The translations under genes and the position numbers were made by a program. A DNA stretch of 64,000 bases from Patescibacteria group bacterium UBA5147 (lineage in GTDB: Bacteria > Patescibacteriota > Saccharimonadia > UBA4664), in the NCBI GenBank assembly GCA_002415345.1, contig DHXV01000001.1, positions 332,517-396,516 on the forward strand. The letters are read 5' to 3'. The notes under the pieces were generated by a model, which ran no database searches, was not told where the DNA came from, and worked only from the letters and a program-made list of their open reading frames with translations. Below, one piece after another: positions 63,880 to 64,000 of this stretch (its first letter is position 1; each line of letters opens with the position of its first letter).

Positions 63880-64000
63880 CAAAATAAACAATAGTGCTAT
63901 AGTTTAAAGGTTACGGTGTTACCTGACGCTATCTGTTGACCATGTCGACTGATGGCGTGAGGTCTCAGCCTCAAGTGCAATCTGCAAGTACCTCTCAATT

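Noticed and set aside
1-64000. Looked for CRISPR arrays, IS elements/transposases, integrases, rRNA operons.
   Set aside because: No regularly spaced direct repeats. No DDE/serine/tyrosine recombinase-like ORFs recognised. No 16S/23S-like sequence.

Overview
The window is gene-dense (about 57% GC, short intergenic gaps, many truncated-looking housekeeping proteins) and resembles a Patescibacteria/CPR, Saccharibacteria (TM7)-like genome. This lineage assignment is an inference from gene content, not a database hit. The left 13 kb is a minus-strand conjugative-type type IV secretion (T4SS) block. It holds a VirB4 ATPase, two giant VirB6/TrbL-like polytopic paralogs, VirB3/VirB8-like candidates, and a long ORF running off the left edge that the ORF track missed. 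Directly adjacent on the plus strand is an array of five divergent VirB2/TrbC-like pilin paralogs. The rest mixes housekeeping genes (valS, tsaD, xth, groES/groEL with CIRCE, dnaG, rpoD, polA, fpg, holA, rpsT, truB, msrB, tag, pgi/pmi, a phosphohexomutase) with cell-wall genes (two FemAB paralogs, a MurE-like ligase, a LysM hydrolase). It also has five tRNAs, including all four tRNA-Ser isoacceptors, and a PadR-ABC efflux operon. Items I consider worth a second look: (i) a 53-bp double-palindrome operator module (TATAGTCCAnTGGACTATA-N15-repeat) present at three loci, defining a putative PadR regulon; (ii) an 826-aa protein with a C-terminal caspase-like (CHAT) domain between two tRNA-Ser genes; (iii) an AT-richer island of about 3.6 kb (34.6-38.2 kb) with a 1-kb ORF-free structured segment, a near-consensus sigma70 promoter, a long 5'-UTR hairpin and several small orphan proteins, one resembling an actinobacterial zinc-ribbon family; (iv) a 50-aa DnaJ-type CxxCxGxG zinc-finger mini-ORF upstream of dnaG, below the ORF-track size cutoff. 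No CRISPR array, rRNA, transposase or integrase was seen. Hand-derived coordinates (tRNAs, motifs, corrected starts) may be off by 1-2 nt.
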